NCBI GenBank assembly: GCA_964016885.1
Contig: OZ024741.1
Coordinates: 285,076,001 to 285,140,000 of the forward strand
DNA from: Eledone cirrhosa
Lineage: Eukaryota
DNA: 64,000 bases
Direction: 5' to 3'
The first letter of the stretch is position 1. Every line of letters begins with the position of its first letter. Both the position numbers and the translations under genes were made by a program. The notes below the pieces were generated by a model. The model was given only the letters and a program-made list of their open reading frames with translations, did no database searches and was not told the DNA's origin. Of this stretch, positions 61,230 through 64,000 are shown in pieces.

Positions 61230-62830
61230 GAACTTATATTAAAGAGTTTCTTATAAATTTGATGTAAAGTAGCCATCAAACATGTTTTAAGCTTTGAACT
61301 ATTTCCCCCTACTAAAATGTTGCAAGGTCAATTTCTTCTATTAAGATGTACCATGTCAGAAGTAAGAACACCCCATCAAACAGCTATTTATTTGTTGATC
61401 TATTGATATTTCTCTTACTACTAAAATGTAGCAAGATCAATAATTATATGCATAGATGTGCCACAATTATTTAAGTTAAAAATAAGAAAATTTTTAATGG
61501 TTTAGTCAGAGCAGGTAGGGTTGTGCTTGTGACCTATTTTCCATGTGGTCTACAAGGTTAACTCCTGTTCTGGGAAAGAAAATGACTTGTATTATAATTA
61601 ACTCTCTTGTTACCAAATTTGTAATGAAATACACTTCCTTTGCATTTCAAATGTATGTAATAATAACCAAGAAGCTAGAGGGATTAAGTAAAATAACTAA
61701 TTTTGACATTATTCAGTTGGTGATTGGAACCTAACAAAGTTTTTACATGAAAATATGATGGAAGGTTTTAAAATGAAAACACAGGACTATATCAAAGAGA
61801 TTCTTTTAAATTTGATGTAAACTAGCTATCAAGTAATTATTTTAATCTTTGATCTATTTTCCCTATTAAAATGTAGCAAGGTGAATTTCTTCTATGAAGA
61901 TGAAGCAAATCTGAAGTAAGAACCCATCGAACAGCTGTTTAATCTTAGATCTATTGACATTTCTAATGCTACTAAGATGTAACAGACGGGGAACTGGTAG
62001 ATGTTAGAAAGTCGGACAGAAGGCTTTGCGGTATTTGTACCGACGGCAATTTTGCCTTTTATATTTTCGATGTCGATAAATAAAGTACCAGTCTTGTATT
62101 GGGGGTAGATTCTTCCTCTACATCTTTTTCTAACTTCCTCTCTATTAATCTTTCTCTATTTTTCTCTGGAATGAAATTACTGTGTTCAGACCTGATTAGA
62201 TGTGGGCTTCATCTGGCTACAAATGCTCGAGAAACGCCATGTCACGACGACGCCCGCACGACTTCACTAGGAGTTACAGGTACATACTAAAATGTAGTAA
62301 GATCATTTATTATATAAACTAGCAGAAAAACCACCCTTCAGGTGGTTTTCTGCTAGCATGTGTAGTGTGTATATTGATATTATACGCAGGTATATATATA
62401 TATATGTAGATATGATACATCAAATAAAATCGTAATTAGCAATATACATAGAAATTGAACGAAGACTGTGTTACACTGTCTTATGTAATCAGTAACGTAA
62501 TCCATGATAAATTAAAAAAGACGATATTATATATAAACTAGGAGAAAATTAGTGACAGGAAATTAGTATGTTTATTTAAGCGATGGCCAACCGGAAATGT
62601 TGACATATAAACAAAATATATTTAATCAACAGCCACGAAATTTAGTAGATAAATTGTGTAATATTCATTCATTATTTATTCAAAGTAATCCAACTTATTT
62701 TACTAATAGGATAACAAATTATAAACCGTACGCAGTCCCGCGCTCCTTACTTTATTATAGTTTAGATAGTCGTGTCACAATTAATTAAGTGAAAAATAAG
62801 GAAATTTTATGGCTCAGTTAGATGAGGAAA
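61230..62830. repeat. Diverged local duplication (about 61230-61520 vs 61785-62830; second copy interrupted by a SINE and a Helitron)
   Basis: Shared aaatttgatgtaaa.tagc.atcaa, aaaatgt.gcaaggt.aatttcttcta and aacagct.ttta blocks. Confidence 0.7.
62319..62766 (-). mobile_element. Non-autonomous Helitron
   Basis: Minus strand starts TC(taaactataataaa) and ends with hairpin ccacc-tgaag-ggtgg then CTAG. Inserted between A and T with no TSD; empty paralogous site near 61452. Confidence 0.75.
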
Positions 62831-63142
62831 GGTTGTACTCATAACCGTTTTTTAGAGATCATTCAAAACTGCGGAGTGGTACACGAAGAAACAAACTGTG
62901 ACTCCTGGTTTACTGTAGTTAGAATCATCACCTCAGGATGGTCTAAATGCTAGCAATACCGTGAACTCTACAAGAGATACCCGCTGCAACAGTCACTCCA
63001 CCTCGCGTAGCTCCTTCCTCAGACGGGCTGCTATCGATTCGATTTTACGGAGGAGGTCAGCTGTATAAATTGAAACTTTCCATAATAATTTTATATAAGA
63101 ACCATTTATTAAGCTATGTTACAAATACTATTCTAATAATGA

Positions 63143-63360
63143 TTTCTACTAAAGGCATAAGGCCAGCAATATTTTGGGGGAGGGGAAAGTCGATTAAAAC
63201 GACCCCAGTGCATTACTGGTGCTTTATATTTTATCGACCCCGTAAGGATGAAAGGCAAAGTTAACGTCGGCGGGATTTGAACGTTGAACGCAAAGGGCCG
63301 TAACTCTATACTACAAAGCATGTTTCCGACGCTCTACCGATACTGCCAATCCACCACCGT
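63143..63360 (-). mobile_element. Full-length Nin-domain SINE (long variant) with 20-bp TSD
   Basis: TSD aaatactattctaataatga at 63123-63142 and 63361-63380. Confidence 0.9.
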
Positions 63361-64000
63361 AAATACTATTCTAATAATGAAACAGAAAATACTTTTAGCA
63401 AATCTCTTCCAATTCTTCAAATATACTGTTTATCATTATGGTTTTAAAAGGGTTGAGATGTCTCTTGTGATATTTGAACCAGAATTTTGACTTCATTAAC
63501 AAGTAGAATTCGTGGAATGTAAATATGTTTGATTGTTTGATTGCTGCGAGGCGTCATGACACGTTAGTAGGTTCACGTACTAACGTGTCATGACATGTTC
63601 TAACGTGAACCCTTAAATGCATGTTGCAACACAGCGGCGCCAGTCGGAAGTCAGCACTCGTTCGACCAGCATGGTCTCCATCAAAACATCAATTTCAAGG
63701 TGAAGCTAGGGTTGAAGAGCAGCCAAATTTTGTTTTTATCCTTTTTTAATATTTTCATCATTGTATAAATTGTGTTCAATAAATTTATTAAAATATTAAA
63801 AGATGACTATAGATTATAAGTCAATAAAAAAACAATGTTTTATTCAAAAGTTTGTATAGTTTCGAATCTCATTAAAGGTGAGGTGCAGGGCTGTTTCAAT
63901 TACACCGCTGCTTATTAAGTTTGGGCAGTCACGCCATTTCATAGCAAATAAATATCATTGTATTAACTTCAATAAACCACAGTATGAAATATGTTAGTGT

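Overview
Eukaryotic, very AT-rich, repeat-saturated genomic DNA. The kilobase (TA)n/(TATG)n tracts and the SINE families look like an octopus/cephalopod genome (inference). Nearly all long ORFs in the track are microsatellite artefacts. The only convincing host gene segment is a 1.26-kb terminal exon (27528-28788, +) of an RDH11/12/13-like short-chain dehydrogenase with an unusual Ala/Thr/Glu-rich tail. The rest is mobile DNA: >25 tRNA-derived Nin/Deu-domain SINEs, other SINEs, fragments of RTE, CRE and L1/Tx1 LINEs, a non-autonomous Helitron with an empty paralogous site nearby, and at least five Penelope-like element (PLE) coding fragments with tandem and inverted pseudo-LTRs. Manual reading found about 15 type I hammerhead ribozyme (HHR) motifs, intact or degenerate. 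The highlights are a 310-bp HHR-bearing repeat forming a ~1.4-kb divergent tandem/inverted array (45306-46700; a retrozyme/circular-RNA-like unit) and a HHR with a compensatory U3-A8 core (2650-2695). All folds were read by eye and have not been computed or tested.
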